DNA of 64,000 nt, taken from Bdellovibrionales bacterium. GTDB taxonomy: Bacteria > Bdellovibrionota > Bdellovibrionia > Bdellovibrionales > UBA1609. Made by a program: the position numbers and the translations under genes. This document shows, in pieces, positions 10,529-20,079 of the stretch (the first letter of the stretch is position 1; every line of letters starts with the position of its first letter). The DNA lies in contig CBDCMT010000001.1 of NCBI GenBank assembly GCA_965219095.1, positions 1,728,001 to 1,792,000 of the forward strand. The letters are read 5' to 3'. The notes under the pieces are model-generated. The model saw nothing but the letters and a program-made list of their open reading frames with translations, was not told the origin of the DNA and searched no databases.

Positions 10529-11228
10529 ATGCCTTTTAAAAAAACCCAATCATTCAATTCCTAAAGCTGTATGGGCTTCGATTCAAGCTGTTGCTAAAGA
10601 AACTCAAGAACTGGCAAAGTCTCAAAAAGAGAATGCCAAAGCTCAAAAAGAGACTGACCGCCAACTCAAAGAATCTCAACAAGAAATCGCTAAAGCCCAC
10701 AAAGAAACAGAGCGTTTGTTAAAAGAGTCAAAACTTGAGACCGATCTTCAGTTTAGAAAGTCTGATAAACGTATAGCAAAGTTAGACGAACTTTTCACAG
10801 GTCAATGGGGAAAGCTTATGGAGGCTCTGGCAAAAGGTGATTTAGTTAAACTTCTTCAAGAAAGAAATATTGAAGTACAGAGAATTCTTCCAGAGTCTTT
10901 TGGGACATGGAATGGGAAACCTTTTGAATTTGACATTATTGCAGTTAATGGCAGTGAAGTAGTTGTGACAGAAGTCAAAACCACCTTACGTATAAGAGAC
11001 TTAACTCATTTTTTAAAAAAGCTAGCAGATTTTAAAAAAATGTTTCCTGAATATAAAGACAAAAAAATCTACGGTGCTGTAGCTTATCTTAAATCCAATC
11101 AAAGTTCAGCTAGAAAGGCTGAGAAAGAAGGTCTTTTTGTGATTCGAGTTGTAGGGAACAGTGCTAGTATTATAAATCTCAAAGGCTTTAAACCAAAAAA
11201 CTTTAGTAATACCAATTCCAAAAAATAA
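10529..11228 (+). CDS. Coiled-coil plus PD-(D/E)XK nuclease-like protein (DUF3782-like), copy 1; ATG out of frame at an A-run
   Basis: KETDRQLKE-type coil; EFDIIAVN..EVK motif; FFPEYKDKKIYGAVA-like tail. Confidence 0.7.
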
Positions 11229-11800
11229 TTCGACATTCTTTTGTAGCATAGGTTCCGGAAGAGATCTCCAAAAGGCTTAAGCCCTCAAAATCCATAGGAC
11301 TTAAGTTAACAAATTGTTGGTTATTTTTTGCTTCTAACTTCTACTGTCTTTTTCCGATCGCTAAGTAAAAACTCTATCTTCTTCCATATTTTAAGTTGTT
11401 ACTTCTTATCTTCTTAGCTACTTTTATTTTCTTTCTTAGGCTAAAGCTACCACATTAAATCAATTGATTCTCACCCTCTAGCTTACCTTGTACTAAAACC
11501 TCCATAAGCTTTCCCTATTGACCGATCGTAAAGAGGGGAGGGACTCCCAATTTGAGAAGTTAAATGGAGCTTTTTTAAAAGATGTGAGCTGTGTCCACAA
11601 TAAAGGAAAAAGTGTGTCTAGAATTAGACAAAACAAAAGAGATGTCAAAGCTTAAAAGCACTTAAGATCATTTCATTTTTTCTTATTCAGAAAAAATATT
11701 AAGAAAGTGTCTGCCCCCCCTAAAAGCTTATCTTTCACTCTATCTTAAGATTTTCTTATTGGGGAGGACTATTTTCTACTTTTAACTACTTATAAAAAAC

Positions 11801-11820
11801 GCCTCCTCATTTGAGGAGGC
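11801..11820 (-). terminator. Hairpin GCCTCCTC-N4-GAGGAGGC followed by a U-tract on the minus strand
   Basis: 8-bp stem then GTTTTTT, about 40 nt past the stop at 11862; arms equal the ISL3 right terminus. Confidence 0.6.
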
Positions 11821-11861
11821 CTTAAAAGAAACTAAGGACAACTAAAAGGGGAAGAAAGAAA

Positions 11862-12856
11862 CTAAGGACAACTAATAGTTTCTTTTGAAGTTAGGGCATT
11901 CACAGCATCAATAACAATATAAGGTTCGTTTTGAAGTGATTTTGTAAAAAAAGTTATTTGCTGATTATTATTTTTTCTTGAACATAAATAATCAATAGCT
12001 CTGGCTGCTATTTCTAATTCAGAAATATATTCTCCTTCTAGAGTTACAAGAGAAGCCACATCTTTTGCATTTAAAATAGCTTGTTTTGCATTTAAAATAG
12101 CTTGTTTTGCTTCTTCATCGTTGTTTCCAAATAAATTTTGAGTACTACTGAACAGCCCTGCAGAAGGACCATTTTCACTACTTTCATGAAAAGAATCACC
12201 TACTCCTTCAACTCCTTCTTCTGCAACTTTTGCTGTTCTCTCACTTGTTGATTTGAATGTATTACCTACTCCTTCAACTCCTTCTTCTGCAACTTTTGCT
12301 GTTCTCTCACTTGTTGATTTGAATGTATTACCTACTCCTTCAACTCCTTCTTCTGCAACTTTTGCTGTTCTCTCACTTGTTGATTTGAATGTATTACCTA
12401 CTCCTTCAACTCCTTCTTCTGCAACTTTTGCTGTTCTCTCACTTGTTGATTTGAATGTATTACCTACTCCTTCAACTCCTTCTTCTGCAACTTTTGCTGT
12501 TCTCTCACTTGTTGATTTGAATGTATTACCTACTCCTTCAACTCCTTCTTCTGCAACTTTTGCTGTTCTCTCACTTGTTGATTTGAATGTATTACCTACT
12601 CCTTCAACTCCTTCTGCAACTTTTCTGCAACTTTTGCTGTTCTCTCACTTGTTGATTTGAATGTATTACCTACTCCTTCAACTCCTTCTTCTGCAACTTT
12701 TGCTGTTCTCTCACTTGTTGATTTGAATGTATTACTTACTCTTTTTGCTTGTACAGCTCCCATGCCTTCTCTTGTTCTTTTTTCTTCAGTTGTTGAACCT
12801 GCTTGAACATGAAATGACAAAAGCAAGCCAGTCACTAATACGATGGTTTTTTTCAT
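11862..12856 (-). pseudogene. Secreted protein with 22-aa tandem repeats, frameshifted in one repeat unit
   Basis: Signal peptide MKKTIVLVTGLLLSFHVQA; repeat NTFKSTSERTAKVAEEGVEGVG; C-terminus continues in ORF 11862-12059. Confidence 0.7.
12199..12734. repeat. 66-bp tandem repeat x8; unit at 12595-12668 is 74 bp
   Basis: Unit CCTACTCCTTCAACTCCTTCTTCTGCAACTTTTGCTGTTCTCTCACTTGTTGATTTGAATGTATTA, counted by hand. Confidence 0.95.
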
Positions 12857-13250
12857 TTTTTCCTCCTTTTGTTATTTTATTTGTTTTTTGTTTACCTTCT
12901 ATTCCTATCTTTATTACTTACTACTTATAATTATTTGAACTCTTAATTTTCATTAACTCCAAGGTTTTTCTTTCTATAAAAGATTATTTTTCAAATTGCA
13001 AGCAATATTTTGCAGTGCAAAAAAAATATAAAAAATAATGCAATAAATCATTTCCTAAGACGTAGCTTGTTACATTAAAACAGTCTCATACAGGGGGGGT
13101 CAGAGAGGATTAAAAAAGTTTAGTAATAACACGTTTAGTCATGCTTTTTCAGAGCTGTTTTTTCTCTTTTTTTGTCGTAATATGCCCTTTACTTAGACAC
13201 AAGAGCTTTAAATTTATGAACAAGCAGGCAAGTAAAAGTTTAGAAACTTT

Positions 13251-15113
13251 ATGAAAAAAACAAATCAATACTTTCTGCAAGTCTTTTTTTCTTTCCTTTC
13301 TATGCTTTTTTTATCATCTCTCATACGTGTAGTATTTTTCCTATGGAATCGAAACCACTATAATACCGATCTTACGCAACACAGTTTTTTTAGTCTATTT
13401 TTTAGCGGGTTCAATTACGATCTCTTAAGCCTTTTTATTATCAACACACCCTTTCTTCTTATAGCCTCAGGATTTTTGATAAAAAAACGGGGGGAGTTTT
13501 ATAAAAAAATAGGCTCTCTTTTTTTTATCATACCTAATGCTATTTATATTCTTTGGAATATTATTGATGTTAAAGCTTTTCACTACTCTTCCGAAAGAAT
13601 AACGTTTTCTGTTTTCTACAGCTTTCTCAAAGACATTATAGAGCAAAACTTTTACATTTATTACAGCATCCAGCACTGGCATTACTTTTTCCCTGTCACA
13701 GTTTTCTTTTTCGGGTTTTTATGGCTCTTTTATTGGTTAGGAGATGTTGATACAAAAGCCATCACCCCTTACAGAAATAAGCTCAAATTTCTCATACCCT
13801 TCACTATTTTGTTCTTTTCTGTAACCTTCTTTATTGGTTTAAAAAATTCAGAAAACATCAAAATTCCCTCTGCTTTTGTTCTCAATAGTTTTGCCTACAG
13901 TGTTTATGACAAATTTTTTAAAAAAGATATTTATTCAAAGATGAAACTTCTTAACCCTGCAGAAGCCATTTCAAACGTTCAATACAAAGGAACTAACTTT
14001 CAAGAAAAAAAAGTTCATGACAATATTATAATCATTGTATTAGAAAGTATGAACATTGAGTTTCTAAATACAGAATACACTCCTTTTTTAAGCTCCTTAT
14101 CCAAAAAATCTTTTTATTTTCCCAACCATTTCTCTAATGTAAGATCTAGCTTTAAAGCTTTAGCTAACATTCTTTTAGGAACCCCTTACATTGATTTTGA
14201 TGATATAGACAAAAAATGGGAAGGTTTAGGGACTTTACTTGCTAGAGAAGGTTATCATTCCTTCTTTTTTTCTCCTGGTTCTAAGAACTCTATGATGTGG
14301 GATAAAGTCAATGTAACGGCTGGAATTCAAAACCATATTGCCAAAGAAGACTTTCTTAAAAAATATCCTAAAAGCCCTATAAGCCAGTGGGGTGTTTACG
14401 ACGAAGCTTTCTTTCACTTTACAATAGACAAACTTTCAAATCATTTTAAAATATCAAATCAAAAACCTTTCCTCTCTCTTATCTTCACTATCCAGTCCCA
14501 TGCCCCTTATGACATCCCTGAAAAGGATAGAAAAAGATTACAATTTATTGAAAGCAAAATCTTAAGAAGTATACGTTATATCGATGACTCTCTTAAAAGC
14601 TTTTTTAAAAGTGCTCAAACAAAAAAATGGTACAAAAATACTTTATTTATTTTAACAGCTGATCACACCCAGCCTCCTGTTTTAAAAAACATTTATGAAA
14701 CAGCTTTAGGACGTCATAGAGTGCCTTTAATTCTTTTTCACCCCAACAAAAAAATCACACCTTATACATCCCAGAAACTCACTCAACACTCAGACATTTA
14801 TCCCACTATTTTAAGCTATCTAGGCTTAATTCAAAAAAACAAACAATACTTCGGACGATCGGTCCTAGATTCTATCTCCAAAGGAAGGGTTTTTTTAAAA
14901 GAAGACAATAGCTTTATTCTTGTAGAGGGAAAATATGCCTACTACTACTATATCAGTGAAGAAAAAGCACAACTCTTTCAATGGAAAGATTTTTTAAGAC
15001 AAAACCCTTTAAAAAACAAGTTGTTAACGAAAAAATATGAGAAATTGACAAAATCTTACATTAAATATTATGAACTCAAACATAAAGCCCTTAAAAAGAA
15101 TAATCCCCCCTAA
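13251..15113 (+). CDS. LTA synthase / sulfatase-family membrane protein
   Basis: N-terminal TMs; IIIVLES, SHAPY, TADH and HSDIYPT metal motifs. Confidence 0.88.
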   Translation: MKKTNQYFLQVFFSFLSMLFLSSLIRVVFFLWNRNHYNTDLTQHSFFSLFFSGFNYDLLSLFIINTPFLLIASGFLIKKRGEFYKKIGSLFFIIPNAIYILWNIIDVKAFHYSSERITFSVFYSFLKDIIEQNFYIYYSIQHWHYFFPVTVFFFGFLWLFYWLGDVDTKAITPYRNKLKFLIPFTILFFSVTFFIGLKNSENIKIPSAFVLNSFAYSVYDKFFKKDIYSKMKLLNPAEAISNVQYKGTNFQEKKVHDNIIIIVLESMNIEFLNTEYTPFLSSLSKKSFYFPNHFSNVRSSFKALANILLGTPYIDFDDIDKKWEGLGTLLAREGYHSFFFSPGSKNSMMWDKVNVTAGIQNHIAKEDFLKKYPKSPISQWGVYDEAFFHFTIDKLSNHFKISNQKPFLSLIFTIQSHAPYDIPEKDRKRLQFIESKILRSIRYIDDSLKSFFKSAQTKKWYKNTLFILTADHTQPPVLKNIYETALGRHRVPLILFHPNKKITPYTSQKLTQHSDIYPTILSYLGLIQKNKQYFGRSVLDSISKGRVFLKEDNSFILVEGKYAYYYYISEEKAQLFQWKDFLRQNPLKNKLLTKKYEKLTKSYIKYYELKHKALKKNNPP

Positions 15114-15187
15114 TACCTCTGATTTTCATTTCAATTTGAAATAAGCTAAGGAGTTTTATCATCTTGACAAATTTTACTTTCATTCCA

Positions 15188-15196
15188 TGTTATAAT
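15188..15196 (+). promoter_or_regulatory. Extended -10 promoter element upstream of clpA
   Basis: TG-T-TATAAT 20 nt before the ATG. Confidence 0.5.
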
Positions 15197-15216
15197 AGAT
15201 ATGAGAAGGACTTTTT

Positions 15217-17487
15217 ATGTTACACCCTAGAATTCAAAAAACCTTAGGCGAAGCTGTAAATATAGCAGTAAATAACTCTCACGAGTTTGTTGCCTTAGAA
15301 CACGTTCTTTTAGCTTTAACACATAACCACCATGCTAGAAGAATTTTAGAATCTTGTGGTGTGAGTATTGCAAATTTAAGAAAAGATATTTTAGATTTCT
15401 TAAGCAGTCACTATAAGGTAGAAGGAAGCTCTCAAATACTTAAGCAGCCTATGGAGCCACCCCAGACAACTCTCTCTTTACAAAGAACGTTGCAACAAGC
15501 CATCATACAAGTTCAAAGTTGTGACAAAAAAGAAGTGGAAGAATCACATCTCTTAGTCGCTTTTTTTAGTGAATCTGAATCTTATGCTGTATATTTTCTC
15601 AAAAAACATGGAGTAACAAGATATGAACTGGTCAAGCTCTCAACTATAGTACAAAGAGAGATGGAAAGCCATAAAGCCTCCCCTCAAGAACAAGAGTCTC
15701 TGAATCCCCTAGAAATAGACACTCAAGACCAAGATCAAGCTTTTCATGATCCTCTCAACCTTTTTTGTGAAAACTTAAACGAAACAGTTTTAAAAAAGAA
15801 TCACCACACTCTCATAGGAAGACAAAAAGAATTAGAAAGAGTCCTCCATATTATGTCGAGAAAAAACAAAAATAATCCCCTTTTTGTAGGAGAACCCGGG
15901 GTGGGAAAAACGGCTTTAGCTTATGGTCTAGCTGAAAAAATTGTAACCAAACAAGTCCCTCAAGCTTTACGAAAAGCCAAACTCTATGCTTTAAATCTCA
16001 ATACTCTTCTTGCAGGAACTAAATACCGAGGAGATTTTGAGGGACGTTTTAAAGCTATTATTGACAGCCTAAGAAAAAAACATAAACCTATCCTCTTTAT
16101 TGATGAGATCCAGGGTATCATGGGGGCAGGGAGTACTTCAGGAAGCCCCTTAGATATGGCAGGCCTTTTAAAACCTTTTTTGAATGAAGGTCATATAAGA
16201 TACCTAGGAGCCACCACTTATAAGGATTACAGAAAAAGCATTCAAAAAGATTTAGCTCTTTCGAGACAATTTCAAAAAGTAGAGATTAAAGAACCTTCTA
16301 AAAAAGAAACTTTAGAAATTCTAAAAGGCCTCAGGTCTCAGTACGAATCTTACCACAAAGTTAAATACTCTGATGAAGTTTTAAGTTCTATTCTTGAACT
16401 TTCCCATAAATATATAAGAGAGCAATTCTTCCCTGACAAAGCCTTAGATGTTCTCGATGAAGTAGGAGCAAAAGTACACCTTCAAAAAAGAAGAATAGTA
16501 AAAATTGAAGATATCGAAAAAACCATTTCTTTTATGACAAAAATTCCTCAGGAAACAGTATCACAAAATGAAGTGATTTTATTAAAGAACTTAGAAGAAA
16601 ACTTAAACCAAGTTATTTTCGGTCAAAAAGAGGCTGTAGGTAAACTTTCTACGTCTATTAAACTCTCACGTTCTGGCTTAAAATCTAAAAATCAACCTAT
16701 GGGATCCTACCTTTTTATAGGTCCTACAGGAGTAGGAAAAACAGAGCTTTCAAAACAATTAGCCGAAAAATTAGGTATCGATTTCTTACGTTTTGATATG
16801 AGTGAGTACATGGAAAAACATTCTATCTCTCGCCTTATAGGCTCTCCTCCGGGTTATGTCGGCTATGAAGAGGGAGGACTTTTAGTAGAAGAAGTTATCA
16901 AGAAACCTTACTGTGTTTTACTTCTAGATGAAATAGAAAAAGCTCATCCAGATGTTTTAAATCTTCTTCTTCAAGCTATGGACCGAGGTGAAATCACTGA
17001 TCCTAATGGCAAAATTGCTAGCTTCAAAAATTTAATTCTCATTATGACAAGCAACATAGGTGCTTTTGAAACTCATCGAGGTCTCTTAGGCATTCACAGA
17101 AGCAGAGAAGAATCCTCTAGTCTCTCCTTACAAACTGTTAAAAAAAGCTTTAGTCCTGAGTTTTTAAACCGCTTAAGCTCTATTATAGAGTTTAAACCTC
17201 TTCACAAAGAGATTTTGCTTTCTGTTATAGAAAAATTTCTTAATGAATTAAAGGTGCAGCTTTTAGAAAAAAACATTCACCTAATCTGGGATAAAAAAGC
17301 AAAGAATTTCATTTATAATAAAGGCTATGACTCCTCTTATGGGGCAAGGCCCTTTAGCCGTACAATTGATAAACATGTGAAAAAGCCTCTTGTAGATGAA
17401 ATTCTCTTCGGAAGTATCTGTCACGGCGGAAGTGTGAAAATCACAACAAAAAAGGGAGGTGAACTTGACTTTCTCTTCAAAAAATAA
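15217..17487 (+). CDS. clpA: ATP-dependent Clp protease ATP-binding subunit ClpA
   Basis: Two AAA+ modules (GEPGVGKT, GPTGVGKT); RFDMSEYMEKH; no middle domain. Confidence 0.93.
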   Translation: MLHPRIQKTLGEAVNIAVNNSHEFVALEHVLLALTHNHHARRILESCGVSIANLRKDILDFLSSHYKVEGSSQILKQPMEPPQTTLSLQRTLQQAIIQVQSCDKKEVEESHLLVAFFSESESYAVYFLKKHGVTRYELVKLSTIVQREMESHKASPQEQESLNPLEIDTQDQDQAFHDPLNLFCENLNETVLKKNHHTLIGRQKELERVLHIMSRKNKNNPLFVGEPGVGKTALAYGLAEKIVTKQVPQALRKAKLYALNLNTLLAGTKYRGDFEGRFKAIIDSLRKKHKPILFIDEIQGIMGAGSTSGSPLDMAGLLKPFLNEGHIRYLGATTYKDYRKSIQKDLALSRQFQKVEIKEPSKKETLEILKGLRSQYESYHKVKYSDEVLSSILELSHKYIREQFFPDKALDVLDEVGAKVHLQKRRIVKIEDIEKTISFMTKIPQETVSQNEVILLKNLEENLNQVIFGQKEAVGKLSTSIKLSRSGLKSKNQPMGSYLFIGPTGVGKTELSKQLAEKLGIDFLRFDMSEYMEKHSISRLIGSPPGYVGYEEGGLLVEEVIKKPYCVLLLDEIEKAHPDVLNLLLQAMDRGEITDPNGKIASFKNLILIMTSNIGAFETHRGLLGIHRSREESSSLSLQTVKKSFSPEFLNRLSSIIEFKPLHKEILLSVIEKFLNELKVQLLEKNIHLIWDKKAKNFIYNKGYDSSYGARPFSRTIDKHVKKPLVDEILFGSICHGGSVKITTKKGGELDFLFKK

Positions 17488-17528
17488 CATAATAGTTATG
17501 TTGAATGTAAGATGAAGGAGGTGTTTTT

Positions 17529-18473
17529 ATGAGATCAATGGTAACTTTTTTTACTCGCACGTCACTGTTTCTTGTGATCAATGCTCTTGTTTTCATTACA
17601 TTAATGGTAACAGTGAACTTAATTTTTTCCTTTTTTGACATTCAAGCACCAGACCATTTAACCTTTTATCTTATCTTTGCTATTTGTTTCGGTATGGGAG
17701 GGTCTGTCATATCTCTTTTCTTGTCAAAGTCCATGGCTAAAAGATTCATGAAGCTAAGTGTAATTGATGAAGAAAGCCTTCAACAAGATGAAAAACAAAA
17801 ATGGCTTTTAGAAAGAGTACATTATTTCAGCCGTAAGGGCGGTCTTAAAAAGATGCCTGAAGTAGCCATTTACCAGTCTCAAGAACTTAACGCTTTTGCA
17901 ACAGGACCTTCTAAGAATGACTCCCTTGTAGCCGTATCGTCAGGACTCCTTTCTAGTATGTCATCTTCAGAAGTAGAAGGTGTTTTAGCTCATGAAGTAA
18001 GTCATATTACTAATGGGGACATGGTCAGTATGGCCTTACTGCAAGGTGTTATCAACACATTGGCGATTTTTATCGGTCGTATACTAGCGAAAATGGTCAT
18101 GGAGCTTTTAAAAACAGATTCAATTCTGATTTACTTTGTACTTATTTCTGTTTTTGAAATCTTACTCACCCTTTTAGGATCCATAGGTGTTTACAAATTC
18201 TCACGTTGGAGGGAGTTCAGGGCCGATAAAGGAGGAGCAAGACTTGCGGGCAAAGAAAAAATGATCTCAGCTCTTCAAGCTTTACAAAGATACTCTGACA
18301 TCAACAATCTAGCTTTTCAACAAAATACAAGTGTTGAAAGTCGTAAACTTGACACCTTTAAAATCTCAGGAAAACAAAAAACATCTCTTGTAGCAAGGCT
18401 TTTTAGTTCTCACCCTCCTTTAGAAAAACGTATCCGTGCTCTTGAACGTTCAAGAATTGGTATAAGTAGGTAA
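17529..18473 (+). CDS. htpX: Membrane zinc protease HtpX
   Basis: NAFATG, AHEVSH, SRWREFRAD and SHPPL motifs. Confidence 0.94.
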   Translation: MRSMVTFFTRTSLFLVINALVFITLMVTVNLIFSFFDIQAPDHLTFYLIFAICFGMGGSVISLFLSKSMAKRFMKLSVIDEESLQQDEKQKWLLERVHYFSRKGGLKKMPEVAIYQSQELNAFATGPSKNDSLVAVSSGLLSSMSSSEVEGVLAHEVSHITNGDMVSMALLQGVINTLAIFIGRILAKMVMELLKTDSILIYFVLISVFEILLTLLGSIGVYKFSRWREFRADKGGARLAGKEKMISALQALQRYSDINNLAFQQNTSVESRKLDTFKISGKQKTSLVARLFSSHPPLEKRIRALERSRIGISR

Positions 18474-18541
18474 AAACAAATTGAGTTATTATGCAACAAT
18501 AGTGCTATGAGTCGAAAATAGTGGAGTTATTTTTAAGGTAA

Positions 18542-18710
18542 TACCAATTACAGAAATTAATTCGATATTTTTATATTCAAATTTAAAATTTTAAAATTGA
18601 CTTAAGGAAAAGCTTCAGTTAGGAGATTTTAAAAAAACTTCTTTTGAGGGGAGGTTGAATTTTCATAAGATATGTTTATTTCATGTATAGTGCTTCCGTT
18701 TAGGTTTTTA
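18542..18710 (-). mobile_element. Remnant right end of the resident IS630 abutting a MITE-type end
   Basis: Matches 24942-25090; followed by TATAGTGCTTCCGTTTAGG, whose reverse complement occurs at ~33680 and ~50040. Confidence 0.75.
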
Positions 18711-18793
18711 GGTTCCTAAGATGGAGAAGTTATCAGTTATCAAAGTTTCTAATTTTACAGGGGTTTTGTGCTTCCTTCATAAGGAGTCTATTT

Positions 18794-19930
18794 TTACTTT
18801 CGTTTTATGTACATTTCATACCAGAAAGAGGATACCTCAGGAGGTAAAGATTGATCTCTTTGGGCCATAAATAAAGCTATAGGGAAGGCGTTATTTTGTA
18901 AAATGATATTTAGTTTTTCTTTATTTGATTCATAAGCCTTTTTATTTTTAAGATCTTTCAGCATTTTTAAAGCTCTTATAATGAATTCTTGTTCGTATCT
19001 AAAAAGCCCTAATTCATCTCTCATCATTCTTATTAGCTTTTTCTCTTTTAGGGGGGCTTCAGGAGATTCTTGAAAGCACTCCCTTGTGATGGATAAAATA
19101 AAGCTAGAAAAAAGTTCTAAGGGGTTATCTTTGTCAATTTTAAAATCATGAAAAGATTTAAGAACTTTAGCTAGATGGCTTTCGGCATGATTGAACGCTC
19201 CTTTTAATATAGGGGCAATGACAGAGAGAACATGAAAGTTGTTAGCCTCAATGAAAGGTAAAGAAGGATCATTAAGCCTTAGTATTTTTATGAACTCCTC
19301 TCTTCTTCTATGAATAGAACTGTGAACTAACTCTCCGACAGATTTTGGAATGGCTTGTCTTAAACTTTCTTCTAAAACAAAATCCAGTTTATAGGAGAAA
19401 CGTATTGCCCGTAAAATACGTATGGGATCTTCCTTGAGTCTTATTTTAGGGTTTCCTATCATATGAATGGTTCTTTCTTTGATATGCTTTAAGCCATTAC
19501 AGTAATCAATAAGGCCTTCTTTAAAAGGATCGTAGAAAATAGAATTGAGGGTAAAATCTCTTCTAAAAGCATCTTCTTTAGGGGTACCAAAAACATTGTA
19601 ATTGATCTTTTTTTGAAAAGCTAAGGCATTGTCATTGAGGTCTTTATGTAAGCCACCTTCTTTTCTAAATGTAGAGACTTCAAAAAGTGCATTTCTTCTA
19701 CGCACTAAAATAAGTTTGAAACGTTTTCCAATAATATAGGATTGGGGAATAAGGGCTTTGATGTCTTTTGGAAGAGCAGACGTGGCAATATCAAAGTCTT
19801 TAGGCTTATAGCCTAAGAGGATATCCCTAATACAACCCCCTACCAAATAGGTTGTGTAGTTTTGAGATTGTAAAATACGTATGATATCAAGAGCTTGAGG
19901 ATCAATATTATTTTTATTAAAACCATTCAT
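18794..19930 (-). CDS. pcnB: Poly(A) polymerase I / CCA-family nucleotidyltransferase
   Basis: LVGGCIRDILLG, KDFDI, IIGKRF, RRDFT and EDPIRILRA motifs. Confidence 0.85.
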   Translation of the reverse strand: MNGFNKNNIDPQALDIIRILQSQNYTTYLVGGCIRDILLGYKPKDFDIATSALPKDIKALIPQSYIIGKRFKLILVRRRNALFEVSTFRKEGGLHKDLNDNALAFQKKINYNVFGTPKEDAFRRDFTLNSIFYDPFKEGLIDYCNGLKHIKERTIHMIGNPKIRLKEDPIRILRAIRFSYKLDFVLEESLRQAIPKSVGELVHSSIHRRREEFIKILRLNDPSLPFIEANNFHVLSVIAPILKGAFNHAESHLAKVLKSFHDFKIDKDNPLELFSSFILSITRECFQESPEAPLKEKKLIRMMRDELGLFRYEQEFIIRALKMLKDLKNKKAYESNKEKLNIILQNNAFPIALFMAQRDQSLPPEVSSFWYEMYIKRK

Positions 19931-20079
19931 GTTAATCTACTTATAAGGGCTTTTTTAGAATAAAGGACATTTGTGTGCTGTCGTCAAGAGGAATTTTTTA
20001 TCAGATGGAAGAACAAGAGGAAAAAGGTGTTTGAGCCTGTAAAGAGCCTGTAATACCAATTACAAAAATTAATTTCGAC

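Noticed and set aside
12253..12660. Plus-strand 135-aa repeat ORF
   Set aside because: Shadow of the minus-strand gene, which has the SD, signal peptide and terminator
12199..12734. CRISPR array
   Set aside because: Units are identical with no unique spacers, the 66-bp period is coding on the minus strand, and no cas genes are present
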